DNA of 64,000 bases from positions 25,992 through 89,991 of the forward strand of contig JBMNVW010000003.1 of NCBI GenBank assembly GCA_050947035.1, in the 5' to 3' direction. The notes beneath the pieces were generated by a model. That model did no database searches. It was not told where the DNA came from and was given only the letters and a program-made list of their open reading frames with translations. Of the stretch, positions 17,845 through 27,963 are shown piece by piece (the first letter of the stretch is position 1; the number at the start of each line of letters is the position of its first letter). The position numbers and the translations under genes are program-made. Source of the stretch: Patescibacteria group bacterium. Lineage in GTDB: Bacteria; Patescibacteriota; Microgenomatia; 0-14-0-10-38-17.

Positions 17845-18420
17845 ATGCTTCGCCAACTTTTTGTTTCTAAGGTAAGGGTTAAACTGCTAAAAACCTATTT
17901 TGCCAATCCTGACAAGCCTCACTATGGTCGACAGTTGTCTCGCCAGTTAGAGGAACAAATTAACGCTATCCGTCGAGAACTAGACAACTTGAAAACGATT
18001 GGGTTGTTAGAAAGTGAAAAAAGAGGCAACAGAATTTATTTTTATTTAAACCACGATTTTATTCACTACGAGGCCCTGTTATTATTATTTTTAAAATCTA
18101 CTGATTTAGGTGGGGCAATAATTAAAAATCGGTCTCGTTTGGGAAAATTAAAATGGGTCTTTTTTTCAAAAAGTTTTGCCGAAGGCAAAGCCAGTCAAAA
18201 AGAGGCGATTGATATTTTTGTGGTTGGGGAAGTTATTTTGCCAGAATTATCGGCTCTTGTAGCTCAAGAAGAGAAGAAAAGAGGCCAAGAAATTAATTAC
18301 TCAGTTATGGATGAGGCTGAGTTTCGTTTTCGTTATTCAGGCAAAGACCCCTTTTTAACCCGCCTGCTCATGTTGCCCCGATTTACAATTTTGGGAAATG
18401 AAGACCACCTTTTAAATTAA
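17845..18420 (+). CDS. putative winged-helix transcriptional regulator
   Basis: The N-terminal ~70 aa look like a wHTH (KLLKTYFANPDKPHYGRQLSRQL..IRRELDNLKTIGLL). Start moved to the ATG at 17845. Confidence 0.35.
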   Translation: MLRQLFVSKVRVKLLKTYFANPDKPHYGRQLSRQLEEQINAIRRELDNLKTIGLLESEKRGNRIYFYLNHDFIHYEALLLLFLKSTDLGGAIIKNRSRLGKLKWVFFSKSFAEGKASQKEAIDIFVVGEVILPELSALVAQEEKKRGQEINYSVMDEAEFRFRYSGKDPFLTRLLMLPRFTILGNEDHLLN

Positions 18421-18430
18421 GTTTTTTTAA

Positions 18431-19762
18431 ATGAAACCAGTTAAAAATTTTCTTATTATTCTTTTTTTAACCCTTTTTTGCCTTTATCTTAATTTACCCG
18501 ATCAACTGTCTTGGCCGAAAAATTTTTTGGGTCAAAATTTTGATGGGCAGATTAACATCCCTCATCCAACCCTATCTTTGGCCGGATGGCAAATTCCTAC
18601 CCGCTACCCTTTGCGTTTAGGTCTAGATTTGGCCGGCGGCAGTCATTTAGTTTTTGAAGCTCAAACTCAAGATTTACCGGAGGAGGAAAAAAGCCGCCTA
18701 TCGGAATCGTTGATAGAAAATATTAGAAGAAGAATTGATATTTATGGTGTTTCTGAAAGCCTGGTTCAATCAGCCTGGGAGGAGGAGTCTTTAAGGGTTA
18801 TTGTTGAATTACCGGGGGTTGAGGATACCCAAGAGGCAATTAATTTAGTTGGTCAAACTGCCCAACTTGATTTTCGTCGTCAAATTGATGAGGCCTCTGC
18901 CTCCGCCGGTTTTGTATCTACTGATTTGACCGGGGCGGATTTAGAATCGTCGGGGGTTGATTTTAATCCTAACACTAATCAGCCGGTAGTAACCTTAGAG
19001 TTTACTAGTCAGGGAAAAGATAAATTTGCTCAAATTACCCAAGAGGTTAGGGGCCAAATTTTGGCTATTTTTTTGGATGAAGTGCCCTTGTCTTTTCCAG
19101 TGGTAGAAGAACCAATTACTCAGGGCCAGGCCTTAATTAGTGGCGACTTTAGCCTTGAAGAGGCAAAAAAACTTTCGGCCCAACTTAACGCTGGGGCTTT
19201 GCCAGTTTCTTTGGATTTAATTAGTCAAAAAACCGTTGAGGCAACCTTGGGTAACCAGGCGATTCAAAAAAGCATTCGGGCCGGTATGGTTGGCTTGGCG
19301 GCGGTGCTAATTTTTATTTTAGCCTTTTACGGTAAATTGGGCCTTTTGACTTGTTTTTCTTTATTTATTTATACCTTAGTTTCTTTTTTCTTGTATCGGG
19401 CTATTCCCATTACTCTGACTTTACCGGGAATTGCTGGTTTTGTTCTTTCGGTGGGAATGGCGGTTGACTCTAATATTGTTATTTTCGAAAGAATAAGGGC
19501 CCAAAAACGGTCTGGCAAAAGCGGTCGAGTTGCCCAAGAGCTGGCTTTTGGCAAGGCCTGGGAGTCTATTAAAGATGCCAATATTTGCACCCTTATTGTT
19601 GGTTTTGTCTTGTTTAATCCTTTTGATTGGTCTTTTTTACCCCTAGCTGGAATGGTTCGCGGCTTTGCTTTAACCCTAAGCTTGGGGGTAATTGTTTCTT
19701 TATTTACGGGGATTATTGTTACTAGGAATTTAATGAGAGTATTTTCGAGGAACACGAATTGA
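18431..19762 (+). CDS. secD: protein translocase subunit SecD
   Basis: LGLDLAGGSHLVFEA, six C-terminal TM helices. Confidence 0.9.
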   Translation: MKPVKNFLIILFLTLFCLYLNLPDQLSWPKNFLGQNFDGQINIPHPTLSLAGWQIPTRYPLRLGLDLAGGSHLVFEAQTQDLPEEEKSRLSESLIENIRRRIDIYGVSESLVQSAWEEESLRVIVELPGVEDTQEAINLVGQTAQLDFRRQIDEASASAGFVSTDLTGADLESSGVDFNPNTNQPVVTLEFTSQGKDKFAQITQEVRGQILAIFLDEVPLSFPVVEEPITQGQALISGDFSLEEAKKLSAQLNAGALPVSLDLISQKTVEATLGNQAIQKSIRAGMVGLAAVLIFILAFYGKLGLLTCFSLFIYTLVSFFLYRAIPITLTLPGIAGFVLSVGMAVDSNIVIFERIRAQKRSGKSGRVAQELAFGKAWESIKDANICTLIVGFVLFNPFDWSFLPLAGMVRGFALTLSLGVIVSLFTGIIVTRNLMRVFSRNTN

Positions 19763-19796
19763 ACGAATTTAATCACTAATTAAACGAATAAATAGA

Positions 19797-20654
19797 ATGA
19801 ATTTTATCAGATATCGATTTGTTAGTTTTATTTTTTCGGGTTTGTTAATTTTGGCCTCAATTTATGGTTTGGCCCGTTTTGGTCTACTTTTAGGAGTGGA
19901 TTTTACTGGTGGCTCATTAGTGGAGGTTTTGTCAGAGGAAGACAAGGATCAACTTAAAAAGGAGCTTGAGGAAGTTGGCCTAGTTGTTGATCAAATTCAA
20001 GAAACAGGTAGTGGCAGCTTGCTGATTCGCCTTGAAGGGGCCTGGCAGGAAAAAGATGACTTGATTTCTTTTTTTGAAAATAGAGAGGCTCAGATTTTAC
20101 GTTTTGAGACCGTGGGGCCTACTTTTGGCCAAGAATTATTCAAAAAAGCCCTAACCGCAATTGGTTTGACAATAGTTCTGATTCTTGCTTTTATTGCCTG
20201 GCGATTTGGCGATTTTAATTTTGGTTTAGTGGCAATTATTGCCATGATTCATGATAATCTGGTTCTTTTGGGGGCTTTTTCTTTTTTGGGCCAATTTTTG
20301 CTGGCCCCGGTGGACTCTTTGTTTATTACCGCTGCCCTAACCACCTTGGCCACTTCAGTTTATGATACGGTAGTTACTTTTGGTTATATTGGTGATCAAT
20401 TAAAGCATTCTTTTTCCTCGACCAATATTGAAGAAGCGGCCAATGAAGCTATTAATGCTACGGTGGTAAGAAATATTAATAACTCCTGGACAATTATTTT
20501 TATGTTAATAGCAATTTTGCTTTTAGGGGGAGAGACAGTAAGCTGGTTTGCCGCCGCTTTATTGATAGGGACAATTTTAGGGACTTATTCCTCAACTTTT
20601 TTGGCTGTGCCCCTTTTGGTAGTTTGGCAAAAGGCAAGGGCGAAAGAAAAATAA
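19797..20654 (+). CDS. secF: protein translocase subunit SecF
   Basis: GVDFTGGSLVEV, SecF TM bundle, immediately after secD. Confidence 0.9.
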   Translation: MNFIRYRFVSFIFSGLLILASIYGLARFGLLLGVDFTGGSLVEVLSEEDKDQLKKELEEVGLVVDQIQETGSGSLLIRLEGAWQEKDDLISFFENREAQILRFETVGPTFGQELFKKALTAIGLTIVLILAFIAWRFGDFNFGLVAIIAMIHDNLVLLGAFSFLGQFLLAPVDSLFITAALTTLATSVYDTVVTFGYIGDQLKHSFSSTNIEEAANEAINATVVRNINNSWTIIFMLIAILLLGGETVSWFAAALLIGTILGTYSSTFLAVPLLVVWQKARAKEK

Positions 20655-20659
20655 ATAGC

Positions 20660-22051
20660 CTATTCTTGGGTCTTAGAGGAAGAAGAGAACTGCTTTTCCA
20701 GCTTCTCTAATAAGGCTTTTTTATTGTTGGGGATTTGACCTTCTTCAACTTGATTAAAAAGAGCCGATAGAATTTCCCCCACTCGAGGGCCAGGAGGAAT
20801 ATTTAATTTTTCCATAACGTCATGACCGTTAATTTTTAGGTCTTTAATTGAAAAGGGTTCTTTTTGGACCTCAACTAATCTTTTTTTGAATAATTCCGTT
20901 CGCCAGGAAGTTTGTTTGGCGCCACTGCCTAGGCGATCGCCAGTACGAAGGGAAAGCATATCAGGGACATCCTTTTTGCCGACTCGACGAATAAATCTTT
21001 TAATGGCTTTATCAGTTTGTTTTTCAGAAACAGAAAATTGATGGTGGCGGACCAATTTTGTTAGACGATCTTGATCTTTTTTGGACAGCTTTAGTCTTTT
21101 ACCAATTTGACGAGCCAGCGAAGCCCCGACCACCTCGTGATTATGGAAAGTTCTTTGGCCATTTTTATCTTCAACAACAATGGGTTTACCGACATCATGA
21201 ATGAGGGCGGCTAGTTTAACAACAGGGTCTTGGCTGGGGCAGTATTGGGCGGATAAAAGAGAGTGTTTCCAAACTCCCCAAATATGATGGCCTTTTTGCT
21301 CCATTTGATAGCCCTTAATTAACTCTGGTAAAAGATAATTAATTAGGTCAGTTTTTCTTAGAGTTTCGAAAGCTGATTCAATCTGATCAGTAAGAAGAAT
21401 TTTGAATAATTCTTGGCGAATTCTTTCCCAAGAAACATTTTTAATTAATGAGGCTTGGTTTTTAATGGCCGATAAGGTTTTTTTTTCGATTTTAAAATTA
21501 AGTTGGGCTGATAGACGAACGGCTCGCAATAATCGCAAGGCATCTTCAGCAAAGCGCTTTTGAGGTTCACCCACGGTCCTGATTAGGCCGGCTTGTAAAT
21601 CTTTTTGACTAGAAAATTCATCGACTAGTTTTGGCTGAAAAGATTTTTGTTTAGCCCAAACCCCCAAAGCCAGAGCGTTGATAGTAAAGTCCCGTCGGGA
21701 GAGATCTTCCTCAATGCTTTTTCCCCAGGTAATTTGGTTGGGGTGGCGGTGGTCTTGATAGCCAGATTCGGATCGGAAAGTGGTAATTTCGATTTGTCTT
21801 TTTTTTTGGGCAATTTTAACCGTACCATAGGTATTATCATAAAAGCTTTTCGGGAAAAGTTCTTGAGTTTTTTCTGGTGGGGCTGATGTGGCCAGGTCCA
21901 AATCTTCTATCGGCCGATCAAGCAAAAGATCTCGAACTGCCCCGCCGACCAAAAAAATATCAAAACCGGCTTGATAGAATATTTTTAATATGGGCAGTAT
22001 TTCTTTGGGAAGTTTTTTAAGTAGGTTTTTGGTAATTGTGTCTTTTTTCAT
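20660..22051 (-). CDS. cca: CCA-adding tRNA nucleotidyltransferase with C-terminal HD domain
   Basis: FLVGGAVRDLLLDRPIEDLDLAT head domain motif. HD domain HDVGKP. Confidence 0.9.
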   Translation of the reverse strand: MKKDTITKNLLKKLPKEILPILKIFYQAGFDIFLVGGAVRDLLLDRPIEDLDLATSAPPEKTQELFPKSFYDNTYGTVKIAQKKRQIEITTFRSESGYQDHRHPNQITWGKSIEEDLSRRDFTINALALGVWAKQKSFQPKLVDEFSSQKDLQAGLIRTVGEPQKRFAEDALRLLRAVRLSAQLNFKIEKKTLSAIKNQASLIKNVSWERIRQELFKILLTDQIESAFETLRKTDLINYLLPELIKGYQMEQKGHHIWGVWKHSLLSAQYCPSQDPVVKLAALIHDVGKPIVVEDKNGQRTFHNHEVVGASLARQIGKRLKLSKKDQDRLTKLVRHHQFSVSEKQTDKAIKRFIRRVGKKDVPDMLSLRTGDRLGSGAKQTSWRTELFKKRLVEVQKEPFSIKDLKINGHDVMEKLNIPPGPRVGEILSALFNQVEEGQIPNNKKALLEKLEKQFSSSSKTQE

Positions 22052-22099
22052 TATAATAAAAAAAAGAATTACTGTTTATATTAACAAACTCATTCTATC

Positions 22100-23782
22100 A
22101 TGAAAGACTGGCAAGTTAAGTTTAGGCCTCTTGGTCAAACGACCAAAAAGCGTCAAAAAGAAATAATTGATTTTTTGTTAGCTGATCGAGGAATTATGAA
22201 GGAAAAGGATTTTTTTTCTCCTCCTCGTCCGACTAATATTTTGCCCCAAGATGTGGGTATCAATCCTAAGAAGATTGATCAGGCGATTAAAATAATTTTA
22301 GCGACTAAAAAATCGGGTCAGAAAGTTCTAATTTGGGGAGATTATGATGCTGACGGCATTGTCGGCACCAGTCTTCTCTGGGAGGCTTTGTGGAAATCAG
22401 GAATTGAAGCAATTCCTTTTATTCCCGACCGATCGGAGGGTTATGGTCTTAGTTTTTCCTCTTTTAAAAAAATTTATCAAGAAAATCCCGATATTAATTT
22501 AGTAATTACGGTTGACAATGGTATCGTTGCCCACAGTGAGGTTGATAAGATTGCCTCTTTGGGACCAAAAGTTATTATCACTGATCATCATACCAAGGGA
22601 AAAAAACTTCCTTTGGCCAAGACCATTGTTTGGAGTGACCAGGTTTGTGGAGCGACAGTGGCTTGGTTTTTAGCGCGAAAAATAGTCGACCAGGATGATT
22701 ATGGCTTAGATTTAGTTGCCTTAGCGACAGTGGCCGATATGATGCCCCTTTTGGGGCCAAATCGAAGTCTAGTTAAGTTCGGTCTAGACTATTTGGCTAA
22801 AACTGATCGGCCAGGCCTAAAGGCTTTGATGAAGCAAGCCGGAATTGATAGTCGCCAAGGCCTATCAGTCTATCATTTAGGATTTTTGCTTGGGCCCCGG
22901 CTTAATGCCATGGGTCGGCTTTATAATGCTTTGGATTCGGTTCGCCTTCTTTGTACCATCGATTCAGATCGAGCCCAGAAATTAGCCGAAAAATTAGATT
23001 TAGCTAATCGTAAGCGGCAAACCATGACCACCAAGGCCCTAGAGATTGCCAAAAAATCTTTGCCGGAAAAGATTGATCAAGAAAAACTAATTTTTGTTCA
23101 TCATCCCTCTTTTCATCCTGGAATTATTGGCTTAGTGGCTGGAAAGTTAACCGAAAGTTTTTATCGGCCCAGCGTAGTTTTGGCCGAAGAAGATGGCTTT
23201 TGTCGGGCCTCTTGTCGATCGGTTAAGGGTTTTAATATTATCAAGGCCCTAAAAGATCTCGATGGACTAATTGATGTTGGCGGTCACCCTTTGGCCGCCG
23301 GATTTACTATTAAAAAGAAGGATTTGGCTAAAGTAAAGAAACAACTTTTATCTTTGGCCCAAAAAAGGATTAAGGCCAAAGCACTTCAACCAGCCTTGAC
23401 TATTGACGCTAAGGTTAATTTTCCCGATCTTAATTATGGTTTTTGGAAAAAATTGAATCGTTTTGCCCCTTTTGGTCTTGGTAACCCGGAACCGGTTTTT
23501 TACACCTCCCAAGCTATTATTAAAAGTCTAAGGCGGGTGGGGCGAAACGGTGATCATTTGAAATTAATTCTTGATGATAGCCAAACCAAGAAGGTAGAGA
23601 AAACTCCGGCCCAATTTGATATTGGCCAACAATTATTGCCAGGAATTGGTTTTGGTTTAGGTCAGGAAGATCTACAGGTTGGTGATCAGGTTGATTTGGC
23701 CTTTAACCTAATTCTTAATCGCTATCGAGGTCAGGAAAACTTAGAATTGAAAATAAAAGGAATAAAAAAATATGAAGGCTGA
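22100..23782 (+). CDS. recJ: single-stranded-DNA-specific exonuclease RecJ
   Basis: DHH motifs (GDYDADGI, ITDHH), DHHA1 domain GGHPLAAG. Confidence 0.9.
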   Translation: MKDWQVKFRPLGQTTKKRQKEIIDFLLADRGIMKEKDFFSPPRPTNILPQDVGINPKKIDQAIKIILATKKSGQKVLIWGDYDADGIVGTSLLWEALWKSGIEAIPFIPDRSEGYGLSFSSFKKIYQENPDINLVITVDNGIVAHSEVDKIASLGPKVIITDHHTKGKKLPLAKTIVWSDQVCGATVAWFLARKIVDQDDYGLDLVALATVADMMPLLGPNRSLVKFGLDYLAKTDRPGLKALMKQAGIDSRQGLSVYHLGFLLGPRLNAMGRLYNALDSVRLLCTIDSDRAQKLAEKLDLANRKRQTMTTKALEIAKKSLPEKIDQEKLIFVHHPSFHPGIIGLVAGKLTESFYRPSVVLAEEDGFCRASCRSVKGFNIIKALKDLDGLIDVGGHPLAAGFTIKKKDLAKVKKQLLSLAQKRIKAKALQPALTIDAKVNFPDLNYGFWKKLNRFAPFGLGNPEPVFYTSQAIIKSLRRVGRNGDHLKLILDDSQTKKVEKTPAQFDIGQQLLPGIGFGLGQEDLQVGDQVDLAFNLILNRYRGQENLELKIKGIKKYEG

Positions 23783-25277
23783 TAAACAAAAAGAAATTAC
23801 CATTGACCAATTGGTTGAAAAAATAGCCGGTTATCATCCCAAGTCAAATAAGAAGCTAATCGAGCGGGCTTATGATTTTGCCAATCGTTATCATCAGGGC
23901 CAAAAAAGACTTTCTGGTGAACCAGTAATCAACCATAGCTTATCAGTTGCCGATATTGTGGTTGATTGGCGGTTAGATTCGGCCTCAGTCGCGGCCGCCT
24001 TACTACATGACGTGGTCGAAGATACTCCAGCCAAGATCGAGACTATCAAGAAAAAATTTGGTCGAGAAATGGCTAATTTGGTAGATGGTCTAACTAGAGT
24101 TAGTCGGGTAAGATTGCGCGGCTCTAACAATGAACAATTTATCGAAAACTTAAGAAAGATGTTTTTAGCCATGTCACGGGATTTGCGAGTGGTGTTTGTT
24201 AAATTGGCTGATCGTTATCATAATATGCAAACTTTGGAGCATCTTCCGCCCGATAAACAGTTTGGCATTGCCGAAGAGACTTTAGAGGTTTATGCCCCTT
24301 TGGCGGAGCGGTTAGGGATGGGTCGGGCTAAGGGAGTCTTAGAGGACTTGGCCTTTATGTATTGTCACCCGGCCGACTATGAGTGGCTGATTGATTATTC
24401 AGCCTCCTATTATAAGAAAGCGGAGAAGAGAATTAAAAAGTTAAAGAGAACTATTCTTAAAGAGTTGGCTCAAGAAGGGGTTCGAGTCAAGGTCGATGGT
24501 CGAGCCAAACACCTTTACAGCCTGTGGCGGAAGTTATTGCGGCCGGAAAACGAGAAAGATATTAATAATATTCACGACTTAATGGCCCTAAGAATTATAA
24601 CTTCTGATATTAATGAATGTTATTTGGCTCTAGGTTTGGTTCATAAGTTGTGGCGCCCGGTGCCCCATTTGGGAGTTCGAGACTGGATTGCCCAGCCCAA
24701 ACCCAACGGTTATCGATCAATTCATACCAATGTTTTTTTGGGTGATGGTCAAATTATTGAGATTCAAATTAGGACGGAGGAAATGCACGAACAGGCCGAA
24801 CACGGAGCAGCGGCCCATTGGCATTTGGCAGAAATTAAATCTAAAAATAAAATAGACTCTCAAGGAATTGATCAAGGAAAATTTTTTTCTCCAACTCAAA
24901 AAATGGCTTGGGTTAAACAGCTGGCGGCCTGGCAAGATGAAATTATTGATTCGGGTGATTTTATTGCCTCAGTTAAATTTGATGCTCTAAAGCATCGGAT
25001 TTTTGTTTTTTCTCCCAAGGGCGATGCCTTTGATTTGCCTGATGGGGCCACTCCGGTTGATTTTGCCTACAAGATTCACACCAAAATGGGTCATCAGGCT
25101 TGTGGGGCCAAGGTTAATGGTCGGATGGCGAGCTTAGACTATCAGCTTAAAAATGGAGAAATTGTGGAGATTTTACTTGACCGTAACCGAAAAGGACCGG
25201 CTTCTTCTTGGTTGGATTTTGTCAAAACCCGCTTGGCAAAGAGGAAAATTAAATCGGCCCTGAGAACTAGCATCTAG
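23772..25277 (+). CDS. rel: bifunctional (p)ppGpp synthetase/hydrolase, RelA/SpoT family (short form)
   Basis: HD hydrolase domain (HSLSVA..HDVVEDT), synthetase domain (RAKHLYSLWRK, YRSIHT), TGS region. Confidence 0.9.
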   Translation: MKADKQKEITIDQLVEKIAGYHPKSNKKLIERAYDFANRYHQGQKRLSGEPVINHSLSVADIVVDWRLDSASVAAALLHDVVEDTPAKIETIKKKFGREMANLVDGLTRVSRVRLRGSNNEQFIENLRKMFLAMSRDLRVVFVKLADRYHNMQTLEHLPPDKQFGIAEETLEVYAPLAERLGMGRAKGVLEDLAFMYCHPADYEWLIDYSASYYKKAEKRIKKLKRTILKELAQEGVRVKVDGRAKHLYSLWRKLLRPENEKDINNIHDLMALRIITSDINECYLALGLVHKLWRPVPHLGVRDWIAQPKPNGYRSIHTNVFLGDGQIIEIQIRTEEMHEQAEHGAAAHWHLAEIKSKNKIDSQGIDQGKFFSPTQKMAWVKQLAAWQDEIIDSGDFIASVKFDALKHRIFVFSPKGDAFDLPDGATPVDFAYKIHTKMGHQACGAKVNGRMASLDYQLKNGEIVEILLDRNRKGPASSWLDFVKTRLAKRKIKSALRTSI

Positions 25278-25380
25278 TATTTAACATTCAGTATTTAGTA
25301 TCTGGTATTTAGGTTAAAGGTTTAACAGGGGAAAAACTAGATCTTTTTATTTCTTGTCTTGAGATTGCTTTTTTTACTTT

Positions 25381-25508
25381 GTCATCCTGAGCCCTTAGGC
25401 GAAGGATCCCGTGCTTGGCTGCCTTTTCGGTTGGGATTCTTCTGTCGCCTGAGGCGGCCTCAGAATGACGGGGGAAAGACCCCTTAGAATAAAAAACAAT
25501 TTAACAAT
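25381..25508 (+). repeat. full copy of a ~90-nt nested inverted-repeat (hairpin) element plus the conserved downstream AAAAACAATTTAACAAT box
   Basis: GTCATCCTGAG..CGAAGGATCC..GGGATTCTTC..CTCAGAATGAC. The same architecture recurs at 55888. Confidence 0.7.
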
Positions 25509-25534
25509 TTAGCCATTGAATAATTTTTCCTTAT

Positions 25535-25610
25535 TTGGAATTTAGAAAATTGGAATTTGTTTGGAAATTGGGTTAATTGGAAATTGAAAATTTTCTTGAG
25601 GTGTTATAAT
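25535..25610 (+). promoter_or_regulatory. four direct repeats TTGGAA(A)TT(T)G followed by TTGAAA -35-like and a TGtTATAAT extended -10 immediately upstream of aspS
   Basis: Repeats at 25535, 25550, 25561 and 25577. TATAAT at 25605-25610. Confidence 0.4.
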
Positions 25611-25616
25611 TTAACT

Positions 25617-26999
25617 ATGTTGGCAGAACGAACCCTAATCGGCGAAACAGTGGATAAGGTTGGTCAGGAAGTAACTCTTTATGGCTGGGTTAACAGCGTT
25701 CGTGATCATGGCAAATTGGTTTTTTTTGATCTTCGCGATCGATCCGGCCTAATTCAGGTGGTAGGGGATAAAGAGCTTTTTGGTGAGGTCAAGAATGAGT
25801 TTGTTTTAGTTGTTAGGGGAGAAGTAAAAAAACGACCCGAACGCTTGGTTAATGACAAAATTGCCACCGGCAAGGTCGAAATAGAGGCCAAAAAGGTGAC
25901 CGTTTTGGCCAAAGCCAAAGATTTACCCTTTGATATTTACGGTTCAGGCAAAAAAATAAACGATGATCTTCGTTTGCGTTATCGATATCTTGATCTAAGA
26001 CGACCCAGACTGAAGAAGAACTTAGAGTTTCGTCACCGATTAATGCAGGCGGTGCGTCAATCATTATCAAATCGTGGTTTTTGGGAAATAGATACTCCTA
26101 ATTTATCTAAATCAACCCCGGAGGGGGCGCGGGATTTTTTAGTTCCCTCTCGCCTTCATCAGGGTAAGTTTTATGCCTTGCCTCAATCACCCCAGCAATA
26201 CAAACAATTGTTAATGGTGGCGGGAATAGAAAAATATTTTCAGATTGCCACCTGTTTTCGCGATGAGGATTTACGGGCTGATCGAGGCTTGGAGTTTAAA
26301 CAAATTGATATAGAGATGTCATTTGTTTCTCGAGACGAAATGTTAACTTTGGTTGAGGAGATTATTATTGAAGTAGTGGAGAAGGCCTTGGGTAAAAAAA
26401 TAAGCCAAAAACCCTTTCCAAAAATTTCTTATCAAGAGGCAAGAGAAAAGTATCAAACCGATAAGCCGGATTTAAGAAAAGACTCTAGTGATCCCCAGGA
26501 GCTGGCTTTTGCTTGGATTGTTGATTTCCCTCTTTTTGAAAAAACAGCCACTCGCCAAATTAATCCGATGCACCACCCTTTTACCAGCCCCAATCCGGAA
26601 GATTTAGATAAATTAACTACCGAGCCGCTAGCTGTTCGATCTTGGCAATACGATTTAGTTCTTAATGGTCAGGAAATTGCTGGTGGCAGTATTAGGATTA
26701 CTGATCCAGTTGTTCAAAAACAGGTTTTTAAAGTTTTGGGCCACAAGGACAAAGAAATAGCAGACCGGTTTGGCCATCTTTTGGAAGCTTTTACTTATGG
26801 GGTGCCGCCTCATGGGGGAATTGCTTTTGGGTTTGATCGTTTGGCGGCAATTTTATCAGGAGAAGACAGCATTCGGGAAGTAATTGCTTTTCCGGTTAAT
26901 TCTTCTGGTCGAACTTCGGTTATGGCGGCTCCTTCTGGGGTTAGCCCCTCTCAGCTGAAGGAGTTGGGTTTAGAAATTATTGATGAAGATACGGATTAA
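25617..26999 (+). CDS. aspS: aspartate--tRNA ligase (compact form)
   Basis: Class II motifs FRDEDLRADR, GGSIR, GFDRL. The ATG at 25617 directly after the -10 is preferred. Confidence 0.9.
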   Translation: MLAERTLIGETVDKVGQEVTLYGWVNSVRDHGKLVFFDLRDRSGLIQVVGDKELFGEVKNEFVLVVRGEVKKRPERLVNDKIATGKVEIEAKKVTVLAKAKDLPFDIYGSGKKINDDLRLRYRYLDLRRPRLKKNLEFRHRLMQAVRQSLSNRGFWEIDTPNLSKSTPEGARDFLVPSRLHQGKFYALPQSPQQYKQLLMVAGIEKYFQIATCFRDEDLRADRGLEFKQIDIEMSFVSRDEMLTLVEEIIIEVVEKALGKKISQKPFPKISYQEAREKYQTDKPDLRKDSSDPQELAFAWIVDFPLFEKTATRQINPMHHPFTSPNPEDLDKLTTEPLAVRSWQYDLVLNGQEIAGGSIRITDPVVQKQVFKVLGHKDKEIADRFGHLLEAFTYGVPPHGGIAFGFDRLAAILSGEDSIREVIAFPVNSSGRTSVMAAPSGVSPSQLKELGLEIIDEDTD

Positions 27000-27963
27000 A
27001 CTGCCCAGGATTTCTTTAAAAAAAGAAAAGATTAAAAAGGTTTTTTCTTGGCCCTTTTGGCCCCTTTTTATTGCCCTGTCTTTTTTGTTTTTGCCGGGAA
27101 ATTCTTTTTATGAGACCCTAGATCTTTCTTCTGGTGTTGTCGCCCTAGATGAGAAAAATAAAAGCTTACCTTCTTTACCCGATCTCCAGGTTAAGGTTCT
27201 TTCCGGTGAGCCCCAAATTGCCGCCCGATCAGCTCTTTTGGCTGATTATGATTCCGGCCAAGTTTTATACCAAAAAAATATTAATCAGGCTTTACCTATG
27301 GCCTCGTTAACTAAAATTATGACTGCCTTAATTATTTTGGAGGAGATTCCCGAAGAAGAAATTATTACTGTTGGTCAAGTTTGGACAGAGGGAAAAAGTG
27401 TCGGCCTATCAGCCGGTGAACAGTTTTTGGTTTCTGATCTTGTTTATGCTCTTTTAGTCATGTCAGGAAACGACGTGGCCGAAGTTTTAGCTCAAAACTA
27501 TCCTGGTGGTCGAATTGCTTTTATGGCCCGGATGAACGAAAAAGCTAGGCAGTTGGGTCTTGTTGATACTTCTTTTGTTAATCCTCATGGCCTGGACCAG
27601 GTGGGTCATTATAGCAGCGCCCGAGACCTGTTTGCTTTAACTAACTATGCCCTAAAAAATGATCTTTTTAGGGAAATTATCAAGAAAGATAATGGTTTGA
27701 TTTGCGATTTGACAGGAAATAGTTGTTATCAGATCGAAGCCACTAACGAATTAATTAATTTTCCTGGTGTTTTGGGGGTAAAAACTGGTTATACCGATCA
27801 GGCGGGAGGGTGTTTTGTTGGTTTTTGGGAACAAGAAGACCGGCGATTTTTAAGTGTTGTTTTGGGGTCAAACAATCGATTTTGGGAAACCCAAAACTTA
27901 TTAGGTTGGGGCATGGTTAGCTTTTTACCAGAAGAGGTTAATTTGCTTGATTTTCTTGACTAA
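26983..27963 (+). CDS. D-alanyl-D-alanine carboxypeptidase (peptidase S11, PBP5-like)
   Basis: SxxK (ASLTKIM), SGN, KTG motifs. N-terminal TM/signal. Confidence 0.8.
   Translation: MKIRIKLPRISLKKEKIKKVFSWPFWPLFIALSFLFLPGNSFYETLDLSSGVVALDEKNKSLPSLPDLQVKVLSGEPQIAARSALLADYDSGQVLYQKNINQALPMASLTKIMTALIILEEIPEEEIITVGQVWTEGKSVGLSAGEQFLVSDLVYALLVMSGNDVAEVLAQNYPGGRIAFMARMNEKARQLGLVDTSFVNPHGLDQVGHYSSARDLFALTNYALKNDLFREIIKKDNGLICDLTGNSCYQIEATNELINFPGVLGVKTGYTDQAGGCFVGFWEQEDRRFLSVVLGSNNRFWETQNLLGWGMVSFLPEEVNLLDFLD

Noticed and set aside
25278-25616. T-box leaders upstream of aspS, and likewise of gltX, lysS and serS
   Set aside because: No specifier-loop or T-box consensus (AATTAGGGTGGTACCGCG-like) found. 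The intergenic spaces before gltX, lysS and serS are too short.
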